A stretch of DNA of 64,000 nt from Atractiella rhizophila (Eukaryota). The notes beneath the pieces were generated by a model that was not told where the DNA came from, ran no database searches, and saw only the letters and a list, made by a program, of their open reading frames with translations. How positions within the stretch are numbered: position 1 is the stretch's first letter; each line of letters opens with the position of its first letter. Positions 13,085 to 25,924 of this stretch are shown in pieces. Location: the NCBI GenBank assembly GCA_021432655.1, contig MU271196.1, forward strand, positions 1 through 64,000, in the 5' to 3' direction. The position numbers and the translations under genes were made by a program.

Positions 13085-14672
13085 ACATGGTTCGTCCATC
13101 CTGCTCACATTAGTTGTACTTCCTGACTTATATGCGGTTTGCCAGGAGATACCTCATACCATGCTAAACGCGACAGTCAGGACAGGTTTCTACATCGTTC
13201 GCTCCTTCTTTGCTTCCAATTTCTCTTCCCTTTGATGTTTGTTATCTCCCTGCCCTTTCTCCTGCCCTACTTCTCAAAGGCAATAATATTCAGATAGGAT
13301 GTGCTGTCTCAATCGTGTTGCATTAGAATGAATCTTTCCTTCACCCAAAGCTTTGATCTACCATTTTCGAAAGATACTGTAGCAAACATTTGTCCACTCC
13401 TGTTTATGGCTCATGGCGTGCCAAATAAGGTCCATCGATATGTCGACAGTCGACGTGCTTTGGCAGGTGCTTTGGGTCTGTATTTTTCCACTCTGCTCTT
13501 CTGGCAGTTCCTATATTCTTTCCCTGTTCGATTAAATTATCAATTTAATGAAAACGAAAGCCGATGAAAGAAAACTGACATTGGCAGACTATCAATCAGA
13601 AAGAGCAACTGTGAAGATCTGTAACTCTGACGCAGTAACACGCTCTTGTGTCAATGGGTTCCCTATTAGGAGTTGCCGCTAGTATTCGTCTTCGCCACAC
13701 CCTGCCTTCCAGTATCCGTCAACTGCAACATTGCTTTCTTGAACGGAACTGCTCGCGAACCATGGCGTTGAGACCACTAAAGACTGATCTAAACCGAGTG
13801 CTTGCAACAATTATCTTGATTCCTAATTAAGAAGGAAGACATTGAGAAAAAGTGAATCTTGAAATGGATGGAAAGGCAGGCCATGAAAATGAGTGACGAC
13901 CCGCCTGTCTCTTGATCAAGGCAGAGTCGGAGCATAGTAGCTTGGTTATTGCCTTTGGAAAGCGGCGTCGCAGCAAGGTCTCGTTCTTCGTCAGGTGAGA
14001 ATCAATCGTCGACAGCAGCACGTATATCTTGAATCAAATCAGAATGGTGCTTCATATGAATGGGGACAACTGTCGGTCGGATGAACTCGGTCCTGAAAGG
14101 CAGAGTTGGGTCAGGACTGGAACTGTTACTGAATCTGTTATCGTGTGACGGGATGGAGTTGTACAGGGGGAGTGAAGCCATTCTGTCTGTACTCGGTGCG
14201 CGAGCTCACTGACATGATGAACAACGAATAGGACGCTTGAAGAACGGATGCTTACGATGTTTAGGTATTGAGGTCCTAGATCCTCGTAGCAGTTGAGAAG
14301 CGGGAAGCGTATTACTCTCATCATGGCCAGGAAATGGCGAGAATGGGGAGAGAGACTGTGCCTCCTTCTCCCTTCCGCCATCCTCTTTTCCAAAAATCAA
14401 TTCCGGTGTCGACTCCCAAATGAGAAGAGATCATGTTCTTCCCGGTCTTCAAAACGAATACTCTTCCAGCTAAACTTGAGGATTGTGAGCTAGTAAACAG
14501 CTTGGGTACAGATTTCTCTCCCACGAACTTGAAAATATGGGTCCTATTGTATCCAGAATGAGATGGATCTTGTTATTCCGCATAGCCATGTCATATGTCA
14601 TATCCAAGCTGAGACATATCAAATCCAACATAATGCTCACATCACATCCGCTCTTCAGTGTCCAACCATCAA

Positions 14673-16352
14673 TCACATCGCCTCACCCTCCACCTCTTCT
14701 CTCAAAGATGACCCATACTTCTCTCCCCACACTCTCGCAGCCGGGCTCCTATATTCCCACTCGTTCAATCCCAAACCTAAGAACTCCGCCGCTCGCTGGC
14801 TTTTCGGCGTCATCATCACTCCGTTCATGCTCGGGGGTTGATACGCATGCTGCTGTTGTTGTTGTATAGGGTGAGCGGGAGAAGACGTGCGGAAGTGTTG
14901 GAGGGCGGTCGTGGTTGAATAGACGATGAGGCCAGCCATGAGCAGAATAAAGACCTAATCCAGCACGTTCCTCTCTTCAGAAATGTCGTCACCGCCAATA
15001 GGAACGTACAAAGCTTTTCCATGATACTGTGTCCACGAACCCATTCACTGTCTCACCCACGACCATCGCCAACAACCTCGCTGTCCCCACCGCTTCCGGA
15101 TCCTGGTGCATACACCTTTCCCAAGCTCTACAGGCGTCCTCAAGCGCAGGGACTCTCGTTTCGGGGCTACAACGGTTGAGCGTGTAAGATTGGGAGCAAG
15201 CGAAGATTTCAGAACGTTGTGCGAGGGTGGAGGAGGATAATCGGGCTGAGAGGTCGGAGCGGAGTGTGCGAAGGAGGAGGAAGAGGAGGTAAAGGACAAG
15301 GGTGAAGGTGGTGAGGAGAAAGGTGGCGTGGAGGTAGGTGGAGAGATGGGCCGGTGCGAAGGAGGATGAATTGCTCGCGTGTGGGTGGGGTTGGTATGGG
15401 TGTGGATAGGGAGAATGATGGTTGTGGATCGTGAGATAATTTTGTTGTTTGCGCGGTCCACCAAACTGCACCGGTTGCCTCCAATGACGATGCATCAGAT
15501 GAGGAAGGAACACGACGCACCACGTAAGGCTGGGTCTCACCACCTGCCTTTGCCTTCTTCTTCTGTCTCTTTCTCACGACTGCATTCGACGCGATCGCTC
15601 TCTCAGCAACTCCGTCGTTCTCCTCTTCTTTCTCCTTCCCATTTTCCTTTTCGGCGAGTGAAGTAGTAGGACCTGCAGATTGCATCGACACGTCTGCTAT
15701 CTCGTCCTCTTGCGCGACAGCCTGAGATTGGGATTCGTGAGACCCAAACGAAAACGTCAGCGTCCAATCCATCGCCTCTTCCTCCAAGTGCGGTCCTACA
15801 ATGTGCATCGTTACAGCCATACTGTAAAAAGAGAAAAGAGCGTACGCTTCAAGGGCCTCTCTTCATAAGGCTGGGTCTCACCACCTGCCTTTGCCTTCTT
15901 CTTCTGTCTCTTCCTCACCACTGCATTCGACGCGATCGCCCTTTCACCAACTCCATCGTTCTCGTCTTCCTTCTCCTTTCCATTTTCCTTTTCGGTGAGC
16001 GAAATAGTAGGACCTGCAGATTGCATCGACACGTCTGCTATCTCGTCCTCTTGCACGACAGTTTGAGACTGGGATTCGTGAGACCCAAACGAAAACGTCG
16101 GCGTCCAATCCATCGCCTCTTCCTCCAAGTGGGGTCCTACAATGTGCATCGTTACAACCATACTGTAAAAGGAGAAAGGAGCGTACGCTTCAAGGGCCTC
16201 TCTTCTACACGACTCCCTGTCTGCTGCTGAGAATATGCCAGAAAGGGATTGTTGCCAAGACGCAAGTTGGGGAACTCGAACTTGACGTCGTCCATCGGTG
16301 CTTCGGCGGAGCGAGAAGAGCGCTTTGGAGGGGGAGAGAAGGGCAGGCTCAT
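14673..16352 (-). CDS. Nuclear envelope protein of the Brr6/Brl1 family, with an internally duplicated 97-aa segment
   Basis: TM helix, CSQSYTLNRCSPETRVPALEDACRAWERCMHQDP, VGETVNGFVDTVSWKS, TM helix: the four-cysteine Brr6/Brl1 lumenal domain. Confidence 0.88.
15525..16205. repeat. Direct tandem duplication with a 341 bp period (15525-15864 and 15866-16205)
   Basis: Both copies run from taaggctgggtctcaccacctgcc to gcgtacgcttcaagggcctctcttc, with scattered substitutions. Confidence 0.97.
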
Positions 16353-16541
16353 GGTCTCTGCTGGCAGAAAGTGATAACAAATAAATAACAGGGAATATTG
16401 CCTTGCCCTGTAGATGTTGGTGGTAGAAGTTGAATTTGCTGAGGAGAGTTGATGATGGCCTTCGTGGCTTTAAATTTTCAACAACCACTCAATCTTTCCC
16501 TGTTAGTACTGCCATAGTCCCACTTCCCACCCAGCAGCACC

Positions 16542-19354
16542 ATGTCATTCTTCCGCACAGTCAGCGACTCCGAAAGCGAGACAGAGTCCGAGGAAGAACT
16601 TCTCTACGACTCCGACGGCCAAGAGCGCGAGCTGAAGTTCGTCAAGGGGGGCGGATCAGATGAGGAGTCAGAGGAGGAGTCAGAGGAAGAGGAGGAGTCA
16701 GACGAGGAAGAGGAAGGGGAGAAGGATGCCGATAAGCCTCTGAGGTCGAGGAAGTTCTTAGCTGGCGCAAGCGACAGCGAGGACGATGAGAGCGAAGACG
16801 AGAGGAAGAGGACGGTCAAGTCTGCGAAGGATAAGAGGACGGAGGAGATGGAGGGAAGGGTGAAAGGGATACAGAATGCGATCAATATCAATGACTGGAC
16901 AGTAGTTTCTGATGGTTCGTCCGCATATTCTATCATTTGGATTGTGCTCATTTTCATGGACTGGCTCGTTGTTTGCGATGGTAGAATTCGACAAACTCAC
17001 TCGTCTTGTCACCAAACAAACCACGCTCTCCATCGTTGCCATCCCTTCAATCTACCTTCAACTCCTCCTTGACTTGGACACCTCCATATCCGAAGCAGGC
17101 TCGGCAGCCAACAAGAAGAAGATGAACGCCACGAACGCCAGAGGGCTCAATACCATGAAACAAAAGGTCAAGAAGGCACAGAAAGAACACGAAGCTGTCC
17201 TCCTTGTTTACAAACAGGTTCATAGTTCCTTATTTGACTCCGTAGAGAAGAGAAGACTGATGTATTGCGAAGGACCCGGAAGCTTACACTCGTTCCATAG
17301 AAGTCGAAGAAGCACCAGTGGAGCGTCGAGCTCGCGCAACAGACGGTGGTGCCGCCAAGGCAGCTGGAGAAGACGACGCAGAGTTCACGACAGTCGGAAA
17401 GACGGGAAAGGCGACGCTGATCACGGGCGAGAACCTCTTCAAGGAGCTGCAGAAAGTCTTAGAAGCGCGAGGGAAGAAGAACACGAATCGAGCGGAACAG
17501 CTTCAGCGGTTGAAGGAGCTCCAACATGCTGCCAGCACCACTTATGCCAAGATTCGCGTGCTCCTTGCTCAGGTTTCGAGCTTGTTCGATTATAACCCAG
17601 CCACAAGCAATTTCCTGCCTCTTGAACTGTGGACCGATGCGAGAGAGCTCCTTGATCAGACACTCGTGTTGCTCGAGGAGAATAAAGACTATGTGGTAAA
17701 GGACGTGGTGACGGACTACGATGAGATGGTGGAACGTTTACCATCAGAGAAGGAGCCGGTGGTATACGTTCGTGGCAATCTGATTAGTTTGGTGGAGAGG
17801 CTGGACGAGGAGTTTACGAGGAGTCTTCAAAATACGGATCCGCATTCGACTGAGTATGTGGAGCGTTTGAGGGATGAGAAGAAGGTCTATGAGACCATCG
17901 TTAGGGCTCTTTGCTATTACGAGAGGCTGGAGGAGAAGGAGGATGGGAAGGATGATGTGATTGGACGGTTGGTGATGAGGAGGTTGGAGCATGTTTATTG
18001 CAAGGTCCGTCTTCTCTCACGAAAAGACTCGCGACGACTGACTAGATGGGTGAATAACGATAGCCGGACGCGGTCACACGAGCGCTCGAATCCATGCTCC
18101 CCACAACCCTCGTCTCGCGCATCATCCCCCCGAACGTGATCTCGCAAGGATCGAAAGCCATTGTCATGTCCCTTTGCGTCTACCTCTACAAAGCCAACGT
18201 CTCCCTCCTTCGTACCCGCGCCATGTTGTGTCACATCTACCACTATGCTCTCTCGGACGATTACTACACCGCAAGGGACATGATGCTCATGTCACATCTG
18301 CAAGACACCGTCCAGCTCGCCGACGTCGGGACCCAGATCCTCTACAACAGGGCCGTCGTACAGCTCGGCCTGTGCGCTTTCAGGATGGGTCTGATCAAGG
18401 AGGCGCAGGCGACGCTGCAGGAGATCTTTGCCACTCAACGCGTGAAAGAGCTGCTTGCTCAGGGCGTCCCACAACAGAAATTCAGCGTCTTGACACCGGA
18501 GCAGGAGAAGGCGGAGAAACAGAGACAGTTGCCTTATCACATGCATATCAACATCGAGCTCCTCGAGTGCGCTTACCTCACCGCATCCATGCTGTTAGAA
18601 GTGCCGCATATGGCTCAGGCTGGGGACGATGTGGAATCGAGGAAGAAAATCATCTCGAGGACTTTCAGGAGGATGCTCGATTATTCGGAGAGGCAGGTGT
18701 TCACAGGGCCGCCGGAGAATAAGAGGGATCATATCATGCAGGCTGCTAGAGCGTTGATGAAGGGAGATTGGGAGAGGTGCAGGGATTTGGTGTGCGCTAT
18801 CAAGGTGTGGAGCTTAATGCCGGATGAGAAGGCCGTGAAGGCTATGCTTACTCAGTTCGTTCTCCTGCTCTTTCGTTTTAATTACCTTCCTCATCGTTCA
18901 TTGCCGTAGGAAAATCAAAGAGGAAGGTTTAAGGACATACCTCTACACTCACTCCTCGACCTACGCCACCCTCTCCCTCTCGCATCTTTCCACCATCTTC
19001 GCCCTCCCTCTCCCCACCGTCACCTCCCTCGTTTCCAAAATGATCTGGACCGACTCCTTCCCAGGCTCACTGGATCAAACCATCGGCGTGCTCGTCCTCC
19101 AAAAAGTGGAGCTCTCGCGTCTACAACAGCTTGCGCTCGTCATCGCGGACAAGATGAACAATCTGAGCGAGCAGACGGAGAAGAATTTGGAGAACAGGTT
19201 GGGAGGTGAACGGGAGAGGAGGGAGGATGGAGGTAAAGAGGAGGGTGGAGAGAAGGGGCAGCGGAGACGAGAGGGGAAGAGTATCAGGGGACGACGCGTG
19301 GGTGGTGGTGGTTTTGAGAAGGGTTTGGGGCGGCAGGTGGTCGCTAAGTCATGA
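16542..19354 (+). CDS. NIP1: Translation initiation factor eIF3 subunit C
   Basis: Acidic N-terminus, VKSAKDKR, KKKMNATNARGLNTMKQK, SLQNTDPHSTEYVERLRDE, LRTRAMLCHIYHYAL, LPYHMHINIELLE, FTGPPEN, and a PCI C-terminus. Confidence 0.97.
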
Positions 19355-19528
19355 GCGGATCTTTGATGTTAAAATTTCGATGTCGATGCATTGTAATGAC
19401 TCGTTGGGACAGCCCAATTTGGCTTTCTAGCCTGACGGTGTGTGAAGGTCTTTCCTGGTTGAGCACAATTCCACTTCACTGGCTTGCCACGGAAAAAAAA
19501 ACAGCAAGGTAGCATTAACATTGTTCCA

Positions 19529-22009
19529 TCAAAACCCACCTGCAAAACCTCTCGCCAAATTCCGCGCTAGGGCAAACCGGACAACCTCTAACCGCTTGAA
19601 AGCCATCTCGGTCCCTCCCCCTCCTGATATTCGTCCCAACTTTTCCAGAGTACCATCTACATCCTTCCCCTCCGTATCATACGAAGCGACGCACTCTTCG
19701 AGGCAGAGAATAAGGTCGTAAGTTTGTGTCGATGAGATAAGAGGTTCTGACTCTACACGTTCAACGAAACAGGTCAGCAAACAAAGCCCTGTGTGAGAAG
19801 GTGAAGGGGACATACCCTCAAGTAGTGGTAGAGCATCGACGAGCATGACAGCCCAGAAACTCTTCGGCGCTTGTCGTCCTATGAGCAGGTTCACAAGGAC
19901 CTCAGCCGCTTCAGCGCGCTCGCCGCGTGCATAGAGTGCTTGAAAGTCCCTGTATCTTGCGAGGAAGTTGAGTTTTGCACTGAGCGTCCGATTTGGAGTT
20001 TGGGGGAAGGATCCGTCTATGTCCATACTTGCCGCCTCGGGAGGAGGAGACGATGGACGGAGGAGGGAGGTTGGGATGGAGTCTACGCAGGAGGCGAAAC
20101 GGATTTCACCTAGACGGTTCGTTAGAGGGAACGGGAAGGGAAGGAGATGGGACGTGCCGTGTTCTACGTATTCGTCCAGGATCCTATCCGCGATCCGTGT
20201 CATCCTCTTTGCATCTCCAGCCCTACAACAATACGCGACCGCTCTTCCATACTCTTTATCTCTCACCAACCTCTCCGTCATTTTCTATCGCACGACCGGT
20301 CAATACAGCAGGTAGTGGAAGGCAGTAAAATTGAAAACGGACGATGCAGATCTCTCTTGCCTCTTTCTCAAACCCAAATTCAGCACAAGCTTTCAGCACC
20401 TCCTCCACGCCCTTCTCCCCCGTTCCTCCCTCCGCATATGCGTATTCGACTGCTTCGAATACAAGTGCGCGCATGCGCTCTCTCCCTTCGATGTCGCATG
20501 TGGAAAGATAGTCGAGCGCTATGCGCCAGAGCCCAGGATCTGTGAGAATGTAGGAGGCGTAGGAGAGGATGAACCAGTCGCGGAGTGTTGTTGGGTAAGT
20601 TATGGGGTCCGGAATCGCACCGACTTTGTCGAGCAAGTCAGAGAGGTGGGCGGCCAGCCAGAGATCGTATGAACCGCATGTTGTGAGAGCCTACAGCAGA
20701 CCCAACCACAATCAATTTCTTTAAACGAAAGAAGGACTAAAAGGAAAAATTGACCTTCACGACGTCTCCCCTTAATAAATCAATCTCAATCCCCTCCACT
20801 CCTTCCTCCACTCCGTTCTTCCTCTCGACCACCATAGTCGCGACCTCAGGAACATCGTCTCTCCTCATTCCCTTCCTAACAAGAACACCAATGGCACCCA
20901 GCGCGTCCCTCCAGTCGCTCGCCCTCTCCAACACCGCGCTTTCCTTCCCCAACAACAAGTCCGCCAACTCCTCAAAGCGTGGGTACCATTCCTTCCTCGT
21001 CTCTCTCTCCTCCGGCGCCGAAAAATCATGTTCCACGACCTGCAACTCGCGCGTCACTCTCTTCCGATAGGAGCGTGTGGCGGATGTGAATTCTGTCCAG
21101 GATCCTTCGAACCCTTTCACCCGTGGCATTTCTAGGAGGAGGGATGAGAAGGTTTCAGCGCTGTCACGCACGGCTTTGGAGTGGTGGGTGGAGAGAGTGG
21201 AGAGGAGCGATGAGGCGGAGGGGAGGAGGAGGCGGAGGACACATTGGTAGAGGTAGGGCCAGAAGGAGGGAGAGACGAAGGGCTCGTGTAAGGATGCTAG
21301 CGCTTCAGACTCTTCTTGCGATGGTGCTAACCCACGATCACCGCAACTTCAGTCAGAATAATGCAGAATGAAGAAGCAACGGACAGGGATATCGGATGTT
21401 GATCCACTCCAATATCTCTTCGCCAACGACAGCATCTCCGACTCCGTCCAATGGAAGGTACAGCAACGAAGCGAGAGTCAGGATCGAGTGTAGATTGGAC
21501 GTGTGAAAGAGCTCATCCTCCTTCTCTGTGCTAGAGGCAGAGGTGGAAGCAGATTGAGCAGCGAGGGTTTCCAGGTGCGTAAGGTGCTGGATGAGCGTTT
21601 CGCGATAGAGTGCAGACAGACGAGAGAAATATGTGATTTGTGAAGTCGGAGGCACTCTGACCACCATTTCCCGTCACTGCCGCCTCACACACAGCTTGCA
21701 GTCAGAAAGAAAGAGCGTACGGCGTCTGTCCCCTCTTCCTCCCATTCTGTTGCTCCTGCGCAATTGTTTGCAACGAAGAAAACAACGGAAACGTCTCCGT
21801 GACCAACTATCCACCCATGCAGCAAACACCCGTTAAAAGTACTTTCAAAGATAAGAGGGATGATGTACAAAGCGATTAGAGAATTTTAGCTGGTCCACCG
21901 TGGACTTGTAGGTACTTGGAGTGGCTGAGTGGGAATACACGAGATGAGACGTGCTCTGGGAAGAGCTAATGACGGCGAGCGTAGGTGGCGGCTCTGAGGT
22001 GTTGGCCAT
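19529..22009 (-). CDS. NUP85: Nucleoporin Nup85
   Basis: VVGEEILEWIN, WLAAHLSDLLDKVG and LRDWFILSYASYILTDPGLWRIALDYLSTC motifs in a multi-exon helical protein. The start codon is approximate. Confidence 0.8.
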
Positions 22010-22729
22010 GGCTTTGTATGGCCTTTTATGGGGTTTTGAAGGGCTGGAGCTGCTGAAGCAAGACGCGTTTTTGCTAACGCGCGAAAGTTGAAGAGAGTTG
22101 ATGACAGACAACTCAACTACTTCACAAGGACCAGCAGGATTTAGAGCCTTGATGTGGATGGATTATCAGCAAGTGTATTGACAATGACGAAGCTATGGAG
22201 GTGGATATGTGTGTAAGGTGTGGACCAATTGGTGAGTGTTAGTGTAACTGATGAACTTGCTCTGTATAACGACCATGGGCGAGTAAAGCTGCGATGTCTC
22301 GTTGAATGTCAATCTTCGCCGCTTTATAGGAGCGATGACTTTTCAGGTTGCTGCGTTTGGAATGAGGAGCGTTTATGAGATCGAAAAGATCTGTGCTTCA
22401 AAGGCACAATAGAATCTGCAAAGCTTTTATATGACCGCATTACCTCAACCTCAAGCAGGAGACAGAGTATTGAGCACGATGAACATCAATCACTCAGTCA
22501 TTAGATTTCCTTTCCTGTGTCACCGCGCTCCCGACACAAATATACGTCGTCATATCCTTATGTGTTCTTATGTGTACCTGCGAGCCGCACTTCGAGCCGC
22601 CAACATGCTTTCCTTCTCCGTTCGACCAAGGTTGGACGGTGTATTCAGATTGCTCGAAATAGCTTCATCCGCTCCTCAAAATGCCTCCTTCCTGTACCAT
22701 CTTCCATCCAGCAACTTGTCGAATTCATT

Positions 22730-23482
22730 ATGGCAACTTGGTCCATACAACCCTGCAGCGTTTCCGATGCGCCAGCGCTCGCAGAGAACAATATGAGCGC
22801 CTTCTGGACGGACCGTACCTGGCGCCTCAACTGGGGACCTGAGATCACCCTTCCTTACCTCATAACGCAATGCGCTGAGCGCCTTCCTCGAAATCTACTC
22901 CGTAATCGTGCTGCCCTACGACACGAGAAGGCAGTTGATCCGAGTACGGGCGAGTTGGTGGGATACGCGAGGTGGGAGATGCCTATTTCATGGGCAGGGA
23001 AGGGAGAGGGAGAATGGCAGGAAGCAATGACTGCAGATGTTGGGAAGGAGGAGAGGGAGAAGTATGAGGAAATGGCGAAGAAAGCGTGGTGGGAGCCGAG
23101 GGATATGCCTGGATTGGACAACGAGAACATCAGGATCAAGAATCGTATATTAGCGGAGAAAGATTACATCAGTGCGACTCTTCATCCTCTTTGCTAAAGC
23201 GGCACCTTCTAATGTAGCCTGCCAGATCTTGACTATCTCGCAGTGCACCCGATGAATAAAGGCAAAGGCGTCGCCACTGCATTGGTAAAAAGCGGCATTG
23301 AAAAGGCAGAGAAACTAGGAGTAGATATCTTCATCCTTGCCTTCGAAGCTGGAAGGGGGGTGTATACCCGCTTGGGATTTAAGGAGGTAGCGAGGAACGT
23401 AGAGGATGATTCGAGGTATGGGGGCGTGGGCGAATATGCGGCGTACTTTATGGTTTATGAAGTTAGGCGGGATAAGGCGTAG
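22730..23482 (+). CDS. GNAT-family N-acetyltransferase
   Basis: AVDPSTGELVGYARW; second exon LDYLAVHPMNKGKGVATALVKSG...GRGVYTRLGF (motifs A and B). Confidence 0.9.
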
Positions 23483-23631
23483 GGGTGAAAGAAGTGTTCA
23501 TTGATAACTGATGAACCTACAACAGAGTAATTCGTAATTCGTTCCTTGTTTAGCCGCAGCATCTCGATCCAACTTGGAAGATTGAATCTGATCTGGACCG
23601 TTGCTGTCAGCATATCCTCATATAAGTATCA

Positions 23632-23940
23632 ATGGACCTGTTGTATTCCAGACTTCTCCCCGTCAAGCGACTCCCTGAGCTTGAACAGAGCTTTAAGAAG
23701 CTGCGAGCCTTCATCACCTTCACCTCCATCGCTCCTGATGAGATCGAGCGCACGATTGAGGATCTGTTGCAGAATAAAGACGCGGGGAAGGAAGATAGTG
23801 TCGTAGCGCTCATCGTGAGCATCATTATGAGGGCAGATGGCGGAGAAAAGTTGGCTGTGACAATCGATGGAGGGAGAACCAAATTGAATTGGAAGGATGC
23901 ATGGCTTGCAAGAGTTGTTGATTGGGCTGAATGTAGGTGA
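23632..23940 (+). CDS. Short hypothetical ORF or gene fragment
   Basis: 102-aa protein-like ORF ending at a GTGAGT donor-like site. I could not join it to an intact gene model. Confidence 0.3.
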   Translation: MDLLYSRLLPVKRLPELEQSFKKLRAFITFTSIAPDEIERTIEDLLQNKDAGKEDSVVALIVSIIMRADGGEKLAVTIDGGRTKLNWKDAWLARVVDWAECR

Positions 23941-24318
23941 GTTAATGTTCTCCCATATCTGATGCAGTTCTATTAGTTAACATTCGCGAAACTATATCTA
24001 TTTCATTGTGGACTTTGACTAGTGCGAGTTGAGATACCGCGCAGAGTTATCGGCATATCATGTTTTGCCCATTTCAGTTGGCCTTATCATTCCCTCAAAT
24101 TCGTATGTATCCCTGAGTTAGATGCACCCCTACGAGGAGAAATATTGATCAAGATCAATGACATTGGTGTTCTTGGATGCGATTCTCTAAATTTCCGCGC
24201 GCTCGTTCTGCTTCCCGTCGAGTTAAGCTCACCTCACCATAATTGTAGGGTCATCGGGCCAAGACCCGTTCCTTACATCTCATATCCACCTCCGTTAACC
24301 TCAAATGAGCAAGCAGGC

Positions 24319-25692
24319 ATGAAATCCGAACCAGAAAAGGACGTAATCGATTTAACTGAGTCGGACGACGAAGAGTCAGGATATCAGCCCGAAGTGCTCC
24401 TCTCTGATAAAATACCGCCTGAAGAGGGGCATCAAGAGACTTACGTTGAGGCGTCTCAAGTAGATGTCGTCATGGAAGTGGTAGACGGAGTGATATCTGG
24501 GAGCAAAATGAGCGAGGAGGAAGACACCTCAGGACCGTTCCGCCAGGATAAATTTGTTTCTGTTACCGTGGAAGCTCCAACCAGAAGTAGGCCGCTGAGG
24601 AATCGTCGTCGGGTCAACTATAGGGAGGTTCACTTCCTGGAGGCAGAGGATTCAGACGACGAGTCTGAAGAAGAGGCGGAACCTCCCAAGAAAAAGCAGA
24701 GGGTCTCAAGTCGGTCCGACACACCGTCAATAAGTGAATCGGACGGAAGATCTACCACTTATTCTCCTAACTCGTCAAATTTTCTCTCGACGCCTGGGCT
24801 CTCCCTTTCAGATCAAGCAGAGAAACGCCGTGGCATGAGTGCGAACCATTCTACAAGTGCCGTCGAACTTCAACTGAAATCTCTTGCGAGAAGGTCACGG
24901 ATTGGCCAGCCCGCTGATAGTGCCGCGGTGTTTGCGAATGCACTTCTCTTTGTGTCAAATTGGCAGCGTCCTCCCAATAGCTCACTCACCGACTTTCGCA
25001 CTGAATTCAACCTTCCGGCCCCGATTTCTCAACAGTTCCTTCCAGACTTCATGAGGGGACAACTCACTTTCAATCGTTCCGAATTGATTGGCTGGCCTGG
25101 CGGACCACAACTAACTCTAGCTAAAGTCGAAGAAGAGAAGTTAGTGAAATCGCGGCATTCAGATGTCCTAGTCTGTGTCAATGATGATCTGAACTTCGTT
25201 CCGCAGTTTCCCGGCGATCACTTTCTCTTCATATCCTACTGGGCCGTTCACAAGCTGGTGAAGGATTATGGACAACGAACATTCAATCTAGTTGTAAAGC
25301 GGAAAGCCATCAACGGAAAAGTCAACCGAAACTTGTGGGAATATTGTGGAGTATACACTATCGTAAACGATGACCTTCATATGCTCCCGAACGACTACAC
25401 AGAGCTGCCTGAAGGAATGCAGAAAGCGTGGCCCGGGATCATCGCGAGCAAGACCAAGTTAAAGCAAGAGAATAAGAGAGAAGCATTTGAACTGGATATG
25501 CAGAGGTGTGGGTGGATGGGACGATTGTTCCCAAAGGACAACACGGTAGTACGGGGCTTATTGGAGAAAGGGATTGTGAAGCTAGAGTATGGGGTAGCCG
25601 TTTGCACTGGGTTTGATGAGGAGCTTGTGAAAGCCCTCAGAAAGCTCAAACAAAGGATCAAAGAACAAAAGTGGAAAGAAGAAGAGGAATAA
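24319..25692 (+). CDS. Hypothetical protein with an acidic/NLS-rich N-terminus and a C-terminal DUF6697-like domain
   Basis: Long uninterrupted ORF; PPKKKQR NLS; NFVPQFPGDHFL...LWEYCGVY...VAVCTGFDEEL pattern resembles DUF6697. Confidence 0.6.
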   Translation: MKSEPEKDVIDLTESDDEESGYQPEVLLSDKIPPEEGHQETYVEASQVDVVMEVVDGVISGSKMSEEEDTSGPFRQDKFVSVTVEAPTRSRPLRNRRRVNYREVHFLEAEDSDDESEEEAEPPKKKQRVSSRSDTPSISESDGRSTTYSPNSSNFLSTPGLSLSDQAEKRRGMSANHSTSAVELQLKSLARRSRIGQPADSAAVFANALLFVSNWQRPPNSSLTDFRTEFNLPAPISQQFLPDFMRGQLTFNRSELIGWPGGPQLTLAKVEEEKLVKSRHSDVLVCVNDDLNFVPQFPGDHFLFISYWAVHKLVKDYGQRTFNLVVKRKAINGKVNRNLWEYCGVYTIVNDDLHMLPNDYTELPEGMQKAWPGIIASKTKLKQENKREAFELDMQRCGWMGRLFPKDNTVVRGLLEKGIVKLEYGVAVCTGFDEELVKALRKLKQRIKEQKWKEEEE

Positions 25693-25924
25693 AGGAACAG
25701 GAAGATGTTATGATTCTTTCCTTCGATGTCATGTAACCGACAAAAAAGTCCAGCCTTCATGCTATGGCTATACATTTGATTCAATCCAACTCCAAGTGCA
25801 ATTACAAAATCAAAATTGCCTCCCCTCGGGTTTGAAATCAATATCTGGTAAATTTAAGCGACAGGGGATCTAAACAGACATATCGCGGAAAGGCCGCCTC
25901 ACTGTCAGACAGACGGGGTAGTCT

